This document shows positions 18,724 to 27,835 of a DNA stretch of 64,000 bases, in pieces (position 1 is the stretch's first letter; each line of letters opens with the position of its first letter). The stretch comes from Verrucomicrobiota bacterium (lineage in GTDB: Bacteria > Verrucomicrobiota > Verrucomicrobiia > Opitutales > Cerasicoccaceae): contig JBCBUK010000016.1 of NCBI GenBank assembly GCA_039818205.1, forward strand, positions 37,613 to 101,612, read 5' to 3'. The position numbers and the translations under genes were made by a program. The notes under the pieces are model-generated. The model searched no databases. It worked only from the letters and a program-made list of their open reading frames with translations, and had not been told where the DNA came from.

Positions 18724-21700
18724 ATGCATTACAAAGCTTGGCTATTGTTCCTATTTCCCATACTCACATTCCTGTATGCGAAAGCCTCACCAACGCTAGA
18801 TTCACTGTCGCCAACTCCCGTCTCCGCGGGCCAAACCTTTTCCATCATTGGCAGTGATTTCGATCCCGACAAGACCTACACCGCGAGCGTCGGTGACGAA
18901 GAATTGACGGTAGTCGGCACCACGCCTACCGAATTACAAGTTCAAGCTGGGTCTCAGTCCGGATTATTGCAAGTTGTCGAGGACGGCGTTGAGGTTACCA
19001 GCGATCTTTATGTCTCGGTCGTCACCTCGGTGCTTGGGCAGCTTGTCGCACCCCCTGGAGTCAATGTTGACGGCTACCAGGTAATGAACGGCGATTCCAC
19101 AACGGCTGTCGCCTCCGATGGGACCTTTAGCATACCCGTATCGGCCGATCGAACGACGGTCTTGTGGGCGTTCCGGGACGACGCCGATCCCGTATTCTTT
19201 GCGGTTCATCTTCCTGGAGATTCGTCGGTCCTCATCGATTCCGCATCAACCGCAATCACTTCAGTCTTTCTGTCCCCACTCTTAACGACTCGCAACGCAG
19301 AACTCGCCCAACAGCGCGTAGATGCCATTGCAGCCAGCGAGGAGACCGACGAGCTTGCCGCTTTTATCGAGGTCGCAGCGGCTGATAGCCGGGATCACCA
19401 ACAAGATGGACGGTTTGACGAACTCTATTTAGCTGCTCTCGAATCGTCACTAACAGAGATTTCTCAGTTGGTTCCCACTCAGTCAACCCTCACGGCACCG
19501 CTTCGATTGTCAAGGCGCACAAATGAACCGAACCTGCCGATCATAATCAAGAGCCTCAATCGAGACGAGATCCCGAATAGCCCAGAGTCCGATGGAGCGA
19601 TGAGCTGGATGAAGCTAACCGCAGAGCTCAAAGGCGACCGCTCAAACGGATCCGATTATTATCTAGTGAGTCTTGTAAACAAACAGTCTCGCCCCCTCCA
19701 AACGGACAATCCGCTGACCTGGATGTTTTCCGTGTACGAGATTAACCCCAATCGATTTAACGACCGTCAAGCAGTTGCCGATTTTGACCAAAGTGATTCC
19801 GTGTTTCAATTCGTTGAACCGGGCTTTTCTCCAAACCCCGCAGTTGGACCGATCTATCAAGGTTCCGTTGATGCAGACCTCGGGGCGGCCGATGTCGATG
19901 TTGGCGAACTGTTGGTCAATGCAGTCTTCAGTCAGTTCGAGTCGGCGGTCGCAAATGACCACCAACTCATTACGGGAGCAAAGCCAACGTTCACCCCAGC
20001 AAAGAATCAATTTTTGCTCCCGGGCGATCGCGAAGGAATCTACGTCATCCAAGCATTCAGCGGTAACCTCGCGTTCGGCTACGAGTATTGGGATGATCCA
20101 GGAAGTGTTAGCCAAATTCGAATCTTGGAAGCCCAAGACCGGCTATCTCAGTGGGAAACCGCTCTGGCGCTGAACATCGTCATCCTTTCTGTGGACCTGC
20201 TTTCCATTGCGAATCTTCCAGATCACTTTGGCGATATTGCATCAGAAATTTTTGTCGATGTTAGCCAACTGCTGACCGCCGAGTTCGCCCAGCAAAAGGA
20301 GCTCAACGCGCAGTTGATGTATGTGGTTCTTCGACAAACCGTCATCTCGGCATTGGAAGCTACTCTAAAAACGAAATCTGCGTCGCTGACTGACGCAATC
20401 TTTGCTGGCACGAAACTATTCGGAAAAAGCCTAGTTAAGTTCTTCGACATCACGAGTAAGGTCAGTGCATTTGCTGAATTCGGTCAGCGCACGAATGGGC
20501 TGCTGCTCAAACAAGCCTTCGCGACGGAACGTTTCCTTTTGATCGTCGGAAATCCATTCAAACCAAAGATATCGAACTACAGTCCTCGTTCCGGTCGTGC
20601 TGGAGATGTGGTAAACATCACCGGGTATAACTTTCCAGCAAACCCGAAGGTCAGTTTTTGCCGGAATCCTCAAACCACTACTAACGACAGTGATCCCGCT
20701 TTTGATTCCAAGGCCGAGGCAACGATTCTCCGATCCAATGAGACGAGCATTAGTGTAACCGTTCCCGAAAACTGGGAAGGTGAACTGGGATCGGGAAACT
20801 TCGACGCGTTTATCTGCATCGAAGAGGACGGGGAGGATCACATCGCTACGACTCAAGGACGCATCGACATTCCGGAGTCATTCTTTTTCATTCCTCGACC
20901 CGTCATTACGAGCGTATTTCCCGACCCAATTTATCCTGGCTCAACCGTCACAATAAATGCCGAACACCTAACCGGCCTGAATCCCGAGCTCTATCGAATC
21001 CTTATTGATGACAGCCCAAGTGGTGATGTGATTAACTCCAGCGGACTAAGCGTTACCTTCGAGTTGCCCGATACCATCCAAACGGGCTTTCACAACTTGA
21101 AGGTGCGGATCGAACCCAACCCGAACTACACCTCCGACTCGTTCTCGTTCGTGGTCAGCCCTCGCCCGGAAGACAATCGCGACCGAGGATTCCAAATTTC
21201 CGTGTCGACCGATTCCGACTCCTCAACCATCAGTGATGGCGTCGTGAGTCTACGTGAAGCAATTTTGATCCTGCGGGGAGAGCGTGGCTTCCAACAGCGC
21301 CCCGACGGAGTCGAGGGAGGACAGTTTGAGTCGGACTTCATCAGTGAGACAATTGGTCGATTCGCGATCGAGGCCCACGAAGACATTGAGTCCGAAACAA
21401 TCACCCTGAACAGCCCCCTACCCGATCTTCCTTTGGGCACTCAGTTGAGTTTGGACGACGTCACGATCAACGCGACCAATGCAGGAGATCCAACATTCGA
21501 CATCCGCAACAATCTGGATACAAGCCTAAGCGGCTTTGCGATCGAAGATGCTCCGGGTATCGGTATCAACATCCAAAACTCCGAGCTGGTCACCGTCTCC
21601 AAAGTTACCGTTCGCAATAGCGGAGGCACTGGCATCAAGGTTACCGATTCGCCTAGTGTCCGCATCAACGGTGCCATTATCGAATCTCCGGGTGCGCATG

Positions 21701-24700
21701 GCATCCATCTAACGGGTCCCTTGACTCGAGGGGCGATCGTCAAGCCGGGCGTATTTATTAATCCCAACCCATTCGGTCGAGTTTTGAATGCGACTAGTGG
21801 CTACGGGGTGCTGGTTGACAATGGCGTAAAAGATAGCCGTATAGATCCTGGCGACGTCCGCAACTGCTCAATGGGGGGTATCTGCGTGACCGGCAACTCA
21901 ACCGATGGAATCGTTGTGGGTGACGCAACTTTTGTTCGCCCAGCACTCCGGGCAATCGTCGACAATGGTGGCCATGGTGTTCACATCAAAGACGGCGCTG
22001 ATCGAGCAATTGTTCGTTGGCTACTCACCGCGGGCAACTCTGGCGACGGCATTCGCATCGATGGTGGCTCCGGCCATCGTGTCGATAGCGTATTTAGCGG
22101 CATCGATATCTACGACACCTCGCCATCAGCCGATACCTATGGCTTCCCGCGCGCTCGGGCCTTCAACCCGAACCAGAATACGGGGCACGGTGTCGCTTTC
22201 ATCGACGTTTCCGATTCCATCATTGGCGGCAATTTTCCTGCACATGCCATTCGTGGCTTTGGTGAACGCTTCGGTCTTTTAAATAATGGGAAGAGCGGCA
22301 TCTACCTACAAGACAGTAACGATGTCACCGTCGCCAGTGGTCATCTCGGCGATGTGTTTTCGCTAGACTTCGACGGAACTCTGCTCAGTCCCGCCCCGGT
22401 CATCCCCAACGGTGAGAACGGAATTCACATCAAAGGCGGTGGTCAGCACACTATCGGAGAGTTTCACAGTTTCTACGACCTGCATATCAATGGAGCACCC
22501 AATGGGGCTGGCGTTTTGATTGAAAACTCGGATGGCAACCAAGTTATCGGTAATCAAATTGGCATCGACCATGGATTTATTTTCACCGATTCGAACCATC
22601 GTCTCAGATACGGTGTGCATATTAAAGGCACCTCGCGAAATAATAGAATTGGCGAGCTGGGAAGTTTCTTCGAGATTCCATTTCTACCCGGAGACTCTCC
22701 GCCATTCACCGGCCCGTATCGCCCCTATAACGTGATCTCAAACTGCCTTGTCGCCGGCGTATTTATCGAGAATGCAGGAGGCAATCCAGATTTTGGAAAC
22801 CCCGCGCTAGCCGAACGGCCAAACATTGTGCAAAACAACTTTATCGGTGAGGATGAATTTCAGTTCAGCGAATTCGGCAATGCGGTTGGCATCCTAATTG
22901 AAGGATCGTCCTTTGTGAACGTCATTGGGGGCCCAACGAACGCTCATGGTAACACGATTCGCTACAACGACGATGCCGGTATTCGATTCGAGGACTTTAG
23001 TGTAGCCGACCTCGAAGACCGCTTACCCTTTCGAGTACGCATCGGAGGCAATACGATCATCGACCAAGGAAAAAACAACCAAGACCCGGTTCAGCCCTTG
23101 CTAGAAGGGTTTCCCGGCGGTGCTGGCATCCATGTGCACAACTGCCGTGGCTGCGTGATCTCGTCTCTACCGCTTGCTACCAACGTGATTGAATCCAACA
23201 ACGTTGGTATCTACGTCGAAAACAGCGAGCACGGCATCATCGGCCAACAGACCATTAAAGATAACCGCGAGGCGGGTATCGTCCTGCGAGCAAGTGACAA
23301 CAACCGCCTCGCGGTTGAAAAGCTCGGTGCCCGCACAACCGTCGAGCTCAATGGGCAACAACCCGTTACTCAGACTGGCGGGATTATTCTTGCAGACTCC
23401 AACAATAATCGGTTGTCCGACATCGATATTACTAGCAACAGCGGACCCGGCCTTCACCTGCACGACTCGGCAAACAATCTTATAGGAACCGTCAACACAC
23501 GATCGCTCAAGATCAACCAGAATACCGGCGATGGAATTCTCGTTGAAGGCGGTGGCTCGAACGGTAACCAAATCAATGGATTCATTGTTGGAATCGACGG
23601 CTTGAATCCAGCGGGTAACCAAGCCAACGGCATTCACTTTTCCGATGGGGCCCACAGCAACCAGGTCGGTACGGCAGGCGGTAGTTTCCGAATCGGATTC
23701 AACAACGGGGCCGGTGTGCTGGTCGACGGCTCAAGCACAGTCGGTAATTCGATCAACCGTACGGCAATCTATCAAAACGCCACGGGAATCACCCATCAAG
23801 GAGGCGGCAATCGGGATCAGGTCGCGCCACTCATTTCCACGGTCAGTCCGTCTGCTCGTGAGATCACAGGACTGGTTGCCAATACCACAACGATCCCAGC
23901 TGGCAGCACGATTGAAGCATTTATCGATAGTGCTTCACCACCGCAGGGGCGCCGTTTACTGGGCCGGACGACGACGACTCCCGGTGGCGAATGGACACTG
24001 TTTGCTCCAGCTCTGGGCGTCGTTACGGGCAACGTTACCGTTACCGCAACCAACGCGACTACCAACGACACGTCCGAGTTCTCGACCGAGTTTGGCATCG
24101 CCCGCGGCTTTTCAATCGAGCGCACCGACTCCGACGCACCGAGCACCCGTACATTCTCGAAATCGAGACCAAGCCTCATTCTGGACCGCTATACCGTCAG
24201 CACAATCAATGCCCCGGTAACGATGTTGTCGGTTGATGTCAACTTGTCTGGAACGATCGATGACAGTCAAGTTTTTCAACAGATCGAAATCTGGCTCGAC
24301 GCCGATGAAAACGGTTTAGTTTCTGACGCCGACATTCTCCTAGGCTCCGAGGATATAATCACCGATGATGGAAGCATCAGCATTGAATTCGCGGAACACT
24401 TTCTCGGTGAAAACACCAGTGAGTTCTGGCTACTAAACAGTGTCTTCAAATCCGAACCAAACGAAGGAACGACCGTTACCGCGTCGGTCGTTGCAGCGAG
24501 TGATGTGATCATTGATACGCCTTCCCAGCAATCGACCTTGGCGATTATTGGAAGCTTCCCCCTCGATGGAGACACCCATGAGGCCACGAGCTCAGACCTC
24601 TATTCGACTTTCCAGCAAGATGAGTTCGGCCCCGACGCAAATAACCCATTGATCGCGGGTCGTTTGGTCGACACGGACTTTGATAACGTCATCAACATAT

Positions 24701-24999
24701 TCGAATTGATTCGCGGCCTCGACCCACAAACCGCCGACAACGGAACCTTCCTCGAAGGTATGGTGATCAACGGTTTCTACCAGTTCGAGTATGACCGGAA
24801 AAGTGGGATTGCGTCCGGCTTCAGCCTGCTACCCGAACTTTCCTCCGACTTGATCTATTGGTTCAATGACCCAAACCAAATCGATGAGATTCGGGTGACC
24901 GATAACGGCGACGGGACAGAGAAGGTAACGATTGTTACTGCAATTCCTGACAGCACGGCATTACGCCTGTTCTGCCGAATACGAGTGGCGGAACTCTAG
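18724..24999 (+). CDS. 2091-aa secreted surface protein: IPT/TIG repeats, CSLREA-like motif, right-handed parallel beta-helix, C-terminal verrucomicrobial-type domain
   Basis: Signal peptide; SPTPVSAGQTFSIIGSDF and SPRSGRAGDVVNITGYNF IPT starts; VSLREAIL; many 'N.G.GI.I' beta-helix turns; tail DTDFDNVINIFELIRGLDP...SSDLIYW...RLFCRIRV. Confidence 0.8.
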   Translation: MHYKAWLLFLFPILTFLYAKASPTLDSLSPTPVSAGQTFSIIGSDFDPDKTYTASVGDEELTVVGTTPTELQVQAGSQSGLLQVVEDGVEVTSDLYVSVVTSVLGQLVAPPGVNVDGYQVMNGDSTTAVASDGTFSIPVSADRTTVLWAFRDDADPVFFAVHLPGDSSVLIDSASTAITSVFLSPLLTTRNAELAQQRVDAIAASEETDELAAFIEVAAADSRDHQQDGRFDELYLAALESSLTEISQLVPTQSTLTAPLRLSRRTNEPNLPIIIKSLNRDEIPNSPESDGAMSWMKLTAELKGDRSNGSDYYLVSLVNKQSRPLQTDNPLTWMFSVYEINPNRFNDRQAVADFDQSDSVFQFVEPGFSPNPAVGPIYQGSVDADLGAADVDVGELLVNAVFSQFESAVANDHQLITGAKPTFTPAKNQFLLPGDREGIYVIQAFSGNLAFGYEYWDDPGSVSQIRILEAQDRLSQWETALALNIVILSVDLLSIANLPDHFGDIASEIFVDVSQLLTAEFAQQKELNAQLMYVVLRQTVISALEATLKTKSASLTDAIFAGTKLFGKSLVKFFDITSKVSAFAEFGQRTNGLLLKQAFATERFLLIVGNPFKPKISNYSPRSGRAGDVVNITGYNFPANPKVSFCRNPQTTTNDSDPAFDSKAEATILRSNETSISVTVPENWEGELGSGNFDAFICIEEDGEDHIATTQGRIDIPESFFFIPRPVITSVFPDPIYPGSTVTINAEHLTGLNPELYRILIDDSPSGDVINSSGLSVTFELPDTIQTGFHNLKVRIEPNPNYTSDSFSFVVSPRPEDNRDRGFQISVSTDSDSSTISDGVVSLREAILILRGERGFQQRPDGVEGGQFESDFISETIGRFAIEAHEDIESETITLNSPLPDLPLGTQLSLDDVTINATNAGDPTFDIRNNLDTSLSGFAIEDAPGIGINIQNSELVTVSKVTVRNSGGTGIKVTDSPSVRINGAIIESPGAHGIHLTGPLTRGAIVKPGVFINPNPFGRVLNATSGYGVLVDNGVKDSRIDPGDVRNCSMGGICVTGNSTDGIVVGDATFVRPALRAIVDNGGHGVHIKDGADRAIVRWLLTAGNSGDGIRIDGGSGHRVDSVFSGIDIYDTSPSADTYGFPRARAFNPNQNTGHGVAFIDVSDSIIGGNFPAHAIRGFGERFGLLNNGKSGIYLQDSNDVTVASGHLGDVFSLDFDGTLLSPAPVIPNGENGIHIKGGGQHTIGEFHSFYDLHINGAPNGAGVLIENSDGNQVIGNQIGIDHGFIFTDSNHRLRYGVHIKGTSRNNRIGELGSFFEIPFLPGDSPPFTGPYRPYNVISNCLVAGVFIENAGGNPDFGNPALAERPNIVQNNFIGEDEFQFSEFGNAVGILIEGSSFVNVIGGPTNAHGNTIRYNDDAGIRFEDFSVADLEDRLPFRVRIGGNTIIDQGKNNQDPVQPLLEGFPGGAGIHVHNCRGCVISSLPLATNVIESNNVGIYVENSEHGIIGQQTIKDNREAGIVLRASDNNRLAVEKLGARTTVELNGQQPVTQTGGIILADSNNNRLSDIDITSNSGPGLHLHDSANNLIGTVNTRSLKINQNTGDGILVEGGGSNGNQINGFIVGIDGLNPAGNQANGIHFSDGAHSNQVGTAGGSFRIGFNNGAGVLVDGSSTVGNSINRTAIYQNATGITHQGGGNRDQVAPLISTVSPSAREITGLVANTTTIPAGSTIEAFIDSASPPQGRRLLGRTTTTPGGEWTLFAPALGVVTGNVTVTATNATTNDTSEFSTEFGIARGFSIERTDSDAPSTRTFSKSRPSLILDRYTVSTINAPVTMLSVDVNLSGTIDDSQVFQQIEIWLDADENGLVSDADILLGSEDIITDDGSISIEFAEHFLGENTSEFWLLNSVFKSEPNEGTTVTASVVAASDVIIDTPSQQSTLAIIGSFPLDGDTHEATSSDLYSTFQQDEFGPDANNPLIAGRLVDTDFDNVINIFELIRGLDPQTADNGTFLEGMVINGFYQFEYDRKSGIASGFSLLPELSSDLIYWFNDPNQIDEIRVTDNGDGTEKVTIVTAIPDSTALRLFCRIRVAEL

Positions 25000-25174
25000 A
25001 CTGTACATCAGTCAAAAAGTAAGATGGCTCCAATCGGTCGGACGCGTAGAAGGCCAGCGAGCCTCATTTCCGCAGTATTATAGAGGGTGCTAGATTAATC
25101 GTTGTCGACATCCGGCATTGCGATTAAGAAACTTGAAAAATCACCACCTAGAAAATCGAACACCCCCCAATACT

Positions 25175-27019
25175 ATGAATTTTGGTTTCACAGCCAAAGG
25201 CATCTTTGTGATCGCCCTATCCGCAACTGTCAATTGTCTCGGCGTTGATCCCGCTTCCGTTACCGTACACCTTCTCCAAGAACAAGTGATCGGAGAGACG
25301 TCTGAACTCGACCGGAGCAAATTTTTCAATGTACACAGCACTTACACTGGAGCTGGATTGACCAAGGACGACCTTGATCAACTCCAGTCACTCAACGTGG
25401 GATTTGGCCGGTCTTTTGATGGACCGTTCAGTGGGCATAAGAACGGAACTCCCTATCCAGACAGCGAAACGATCCAGGAAAAATCTGCCGAAGTAATCGC
25501 GAAGGCCAAAGCAGACCCTCTTTTTCCCTACCGGACAACACGACGCATTGTCACGACTGAGCCAAAGGCTGCATTCAACATGGAGTCTGATCCCAAAGAG
25601 ATGGCACGATACGCGGTTGACATCTTGGAGTTCAACTATGAGGACGATTTTCGACCCGATTTCTTTTCGCCTATTTCAATTCCGTTCGTTGCCGCTGGTA
25701 GATACGGAGATGACCAGGCGGTCGTGCGTGAGCGAATGACCGACGTGATTGCCGAGGTCGGCAAAGAGATTGATCGCCGAGGCCTATCTACAAAAGTCAT
25801 TGGCTACACCAGCGCCTGGCCCATGCCACACTATTGGGATTTCGGCCATTGGCGCAGTCGGATGCAGATGTTCATGGATAGAGCTGGGCCCCATATTGAC
25901 GCCATTTGCTTCCTCATGATGGATTCAACCCAAATGAAAGAAAGTGATCGCTGGCGCAGCGGAAGCAGAGTCGAGGCGATCATGGACCTTATTGAGACTT
26001 ATGGGGCGCAGAAATGGGGTGAGCCCAAGCCATTTGCTATTAGTGAGTATGGTGACGTTTCCTATGATTGGCCAGACGGTGATACCTATTCGCCCGCAAG
26101 GGCATCCGCGGAGCTCAACTCGTATAATCACTTCTTGTTTTCTTTACTTGATCGCGAACATCGACTGCTCATTGCCGTTCCATTTATCACAACGAAAAGC
26201 CCATGGTTTTTTAAGAGCCCAATGAACCAATGGCAGCCATTTTCGGCCGACCTTTGGCGACCTGACCCAGAAAGCATCATAGATGGCGCACCAACCCGAT
26301 TTCTCGAAACCGAAAAGATGGAGTTCTACCGTCTTTGGCGGGATGTAAACGGCAATCGGGTTCTGACTGAGTCCACCGATCCAGACATTGCCGCCTTCTC
26401 GTTTGTCAGTGGCCCAGACGCGTTCATCTGCTTAAATAACTTTGAGGACAACAACCGAACGGTCCAGCTCTCACTTCCCGGTGATCTTCCAGATATCGAT
26501 TCCGTCGTGATCAAGCGAATGTATATACCCAAGCAAGAGGCAGTTCTCTACACAAAAAACGCAACCAAGACCATCCCCGAGGAGATGACAATGCGACCGC
26601 ACGAAACGGTCGTACTGCATCTGAAATATAAATCGCCATTGGATCCGCAATCCGCCGTGAAAACCACCAATCACTACAGCGACAGTCTCCTCCAACCCAT
26701 TCGTGCTAACGAACCAATTACTTTCAACATTGATGGTGTCGACTTTTCCCAACAGCCAAATGGAAGCCTTCGGGTCGCGCTGGCACGGGAACATAACCTG
26801 AGCAAGAAACCGCAACTAACTCTTAACGGCAATGCAGTTGAGTTTCCCGACGACTGGATGGGATATGACCAGTCAAATCGCAAGGGCGGCTTTTTCGGAA
26901 CCATTCGTGTGCCGGTTCCAAGCGAGTACATTCAGACCAGTAATCAGATCGTTCTCACCTTTCCCGACGATGGCGGGCGCGTAAGCACCGTTATTCTCGA
27001 CACCACCGAAAACCAGTGA
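25175..27019 (+). CDS. GH86 beta-porphyranase/agarase-like protein (acid/base residue apparently lost)
   Basis: Signal peptide; LDRSKFFNVHS, SGSRVEAIMDLIETY..KWGEPKPFAISEYG, and C-terminal DWMGYDQSNRKGGFFGTIRVPVP...FPDDGGRVSTVIL, typical of BpGH86A-like enzymes. The ATG at 25175 is preferred. Confidence 0.8.
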   Translation: MNFGFTAKGIFVIALSATVNCLGVDPASVTVHLLQEQVIGETSELDRSKFFNVHSTYTGAGLTKDDLDQLQSLNVGFGRSFDGPFSGHKNGTPYPDSETIQEKSAEVIAKAKADPLFPYRTTRRIVTTEPKAAFNMESDPKEMARYAVDILEFNYEDDFRPDFFSPISIPFVAAGRYGDDQAVVRERMTDVIAEVGKEIDRRGLSTKVIGYTSAWPMPHYWDFGHWRSRMQMFMDRAGPHIDAICFLMMDSTQMKESDRWRSGSRVEAIMDLIETYGAQKWGEPKPFAISEYGDVSYDWPDGDTYSPARASAELNSYNHFLFSLLDREHRLLIAVPFITTKSPWFFKSPMNQWQPFSADLWRPDPESIIDGAPTRFLETEKMEFYRLWRDVNGNRVLTESTDPDIAAFSFVSGPDAFICLNNFEDNNRTVQLSLPGDLPDIDSVVIKRMYIPKQEAVLYTKNATKTIPEEMTMRPHETVVLHLKYKSPLDPQSAVKTTNHYSDSLLQPIRANEPITFNIDGVDFSQQPNGSLRVALAREHNLSKKPQLTLNGNAVEFPDDWMGYDQSNRKGGFFGTIRVPVPSEYIQTSNQIVLTFPDDGGRVSTVILDTTENQ

Positions 27020-27074
27020 GCGTTTCAGAACGAAGGGCGCAAACACCCTCCAACTATGTCTCAACAACTTTCTA

Positions 27075-27821
27075 TTAGCGCAGAACCACACGAACGAAGG
27101 ACTGGACATCGGAACTGGGTAATTCGATAGTCACCGTCGTTTCGTCACCGGAAAAATTGCCAAGGATAAAAAGGCCATTGTTGCTAACAAAAACATTTGG
27201 ATCATCACTCTGCAGAACTGGAATGTAGTCCCAATAGAGAAGGTTTGTGCTGTATTGAGCGCTGTAGACGGTGCCCGAAACACTTGGGAATGTCACTGAA
27301 ACCAGTTCTGATTGCTCCAAAATCTCCAATGACATTTCCGTCACCGTAAAAGGATTTGGATCCAGTGCGAGCAGTGGTTCGGTTTCGGCTGACGGACCGT
27401 CAGCCCCGACGGCAACGACCCAATAATAATAGTTCCGCTGTTGGCTCAAACTCGAGTGGGTAAAACCAGTGCTATTTGCTGGCAGCGTCGTGACCAATGT
27501 TGGACGATGATCAAACTCGCCACTAGGAAATATATCCCGACGATAGACTTGGTATTCCGTTTCATTGTCCGCCGCATCCTCCCACGACAGAATCGCTTCG
27601 CCGGCTTCGCCGCGGACAACGTTAAAGTTCGTGGGCGTTGCTGGCAGATCTAATGCAGTAACGGTCAAAAGGTTTCCAGCCGCATCGTAGGTATAGGCAA
27701 TCCCGCCACCAGGTAGATAGGCTACGCGAATCAGTCTGCCGTCATCGTCAAACTCATGCGTTCTGGCATCTGCAAGAATACAGGCCAATGAAATCGATAG
27801 AAGTGCGTAAAATTGTTTCAT
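27075..27821 (-). CDS. Secreted single-YD-repeat + FN3 protein with a C-terminal verrucomicrobial-type domain (RHS partner)
   Basis: Signal peptide; HEFDDDGRLIRVAY..GGIAYTYDAAGNLLTV; FN3 (PTNF...LSWED...YYYWVVAV); tail QYSTNLLYW...FVRVVLR. Starts 14 bp after the RHS stop. Confidence 0.75.
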   Translation of the reverse strand: MKQFYALLSISLACILADARTHEFDDDGRLIRVAYLPGGGIAYTYDAAGNLLTVTALDLPATPTNFNVVRGEAGEAILSWEDAADNETEYQVYRRDIFPSGEFDHRPTLVTTLPANSTGFTHSSLSQQRNYYYWVVAVGADGPSAETEPLLALDPNPFTVTEMSLEILEQSELVSVTFPSVSGTVYSAQYSTNLLYWDYIPVLQSDDPNVFVSNNGLFILGNFSGDETTVTIELPSSDVQSFVRVVLR

Positions 27822-27835
27822 AGTGAGCCTCAAGA

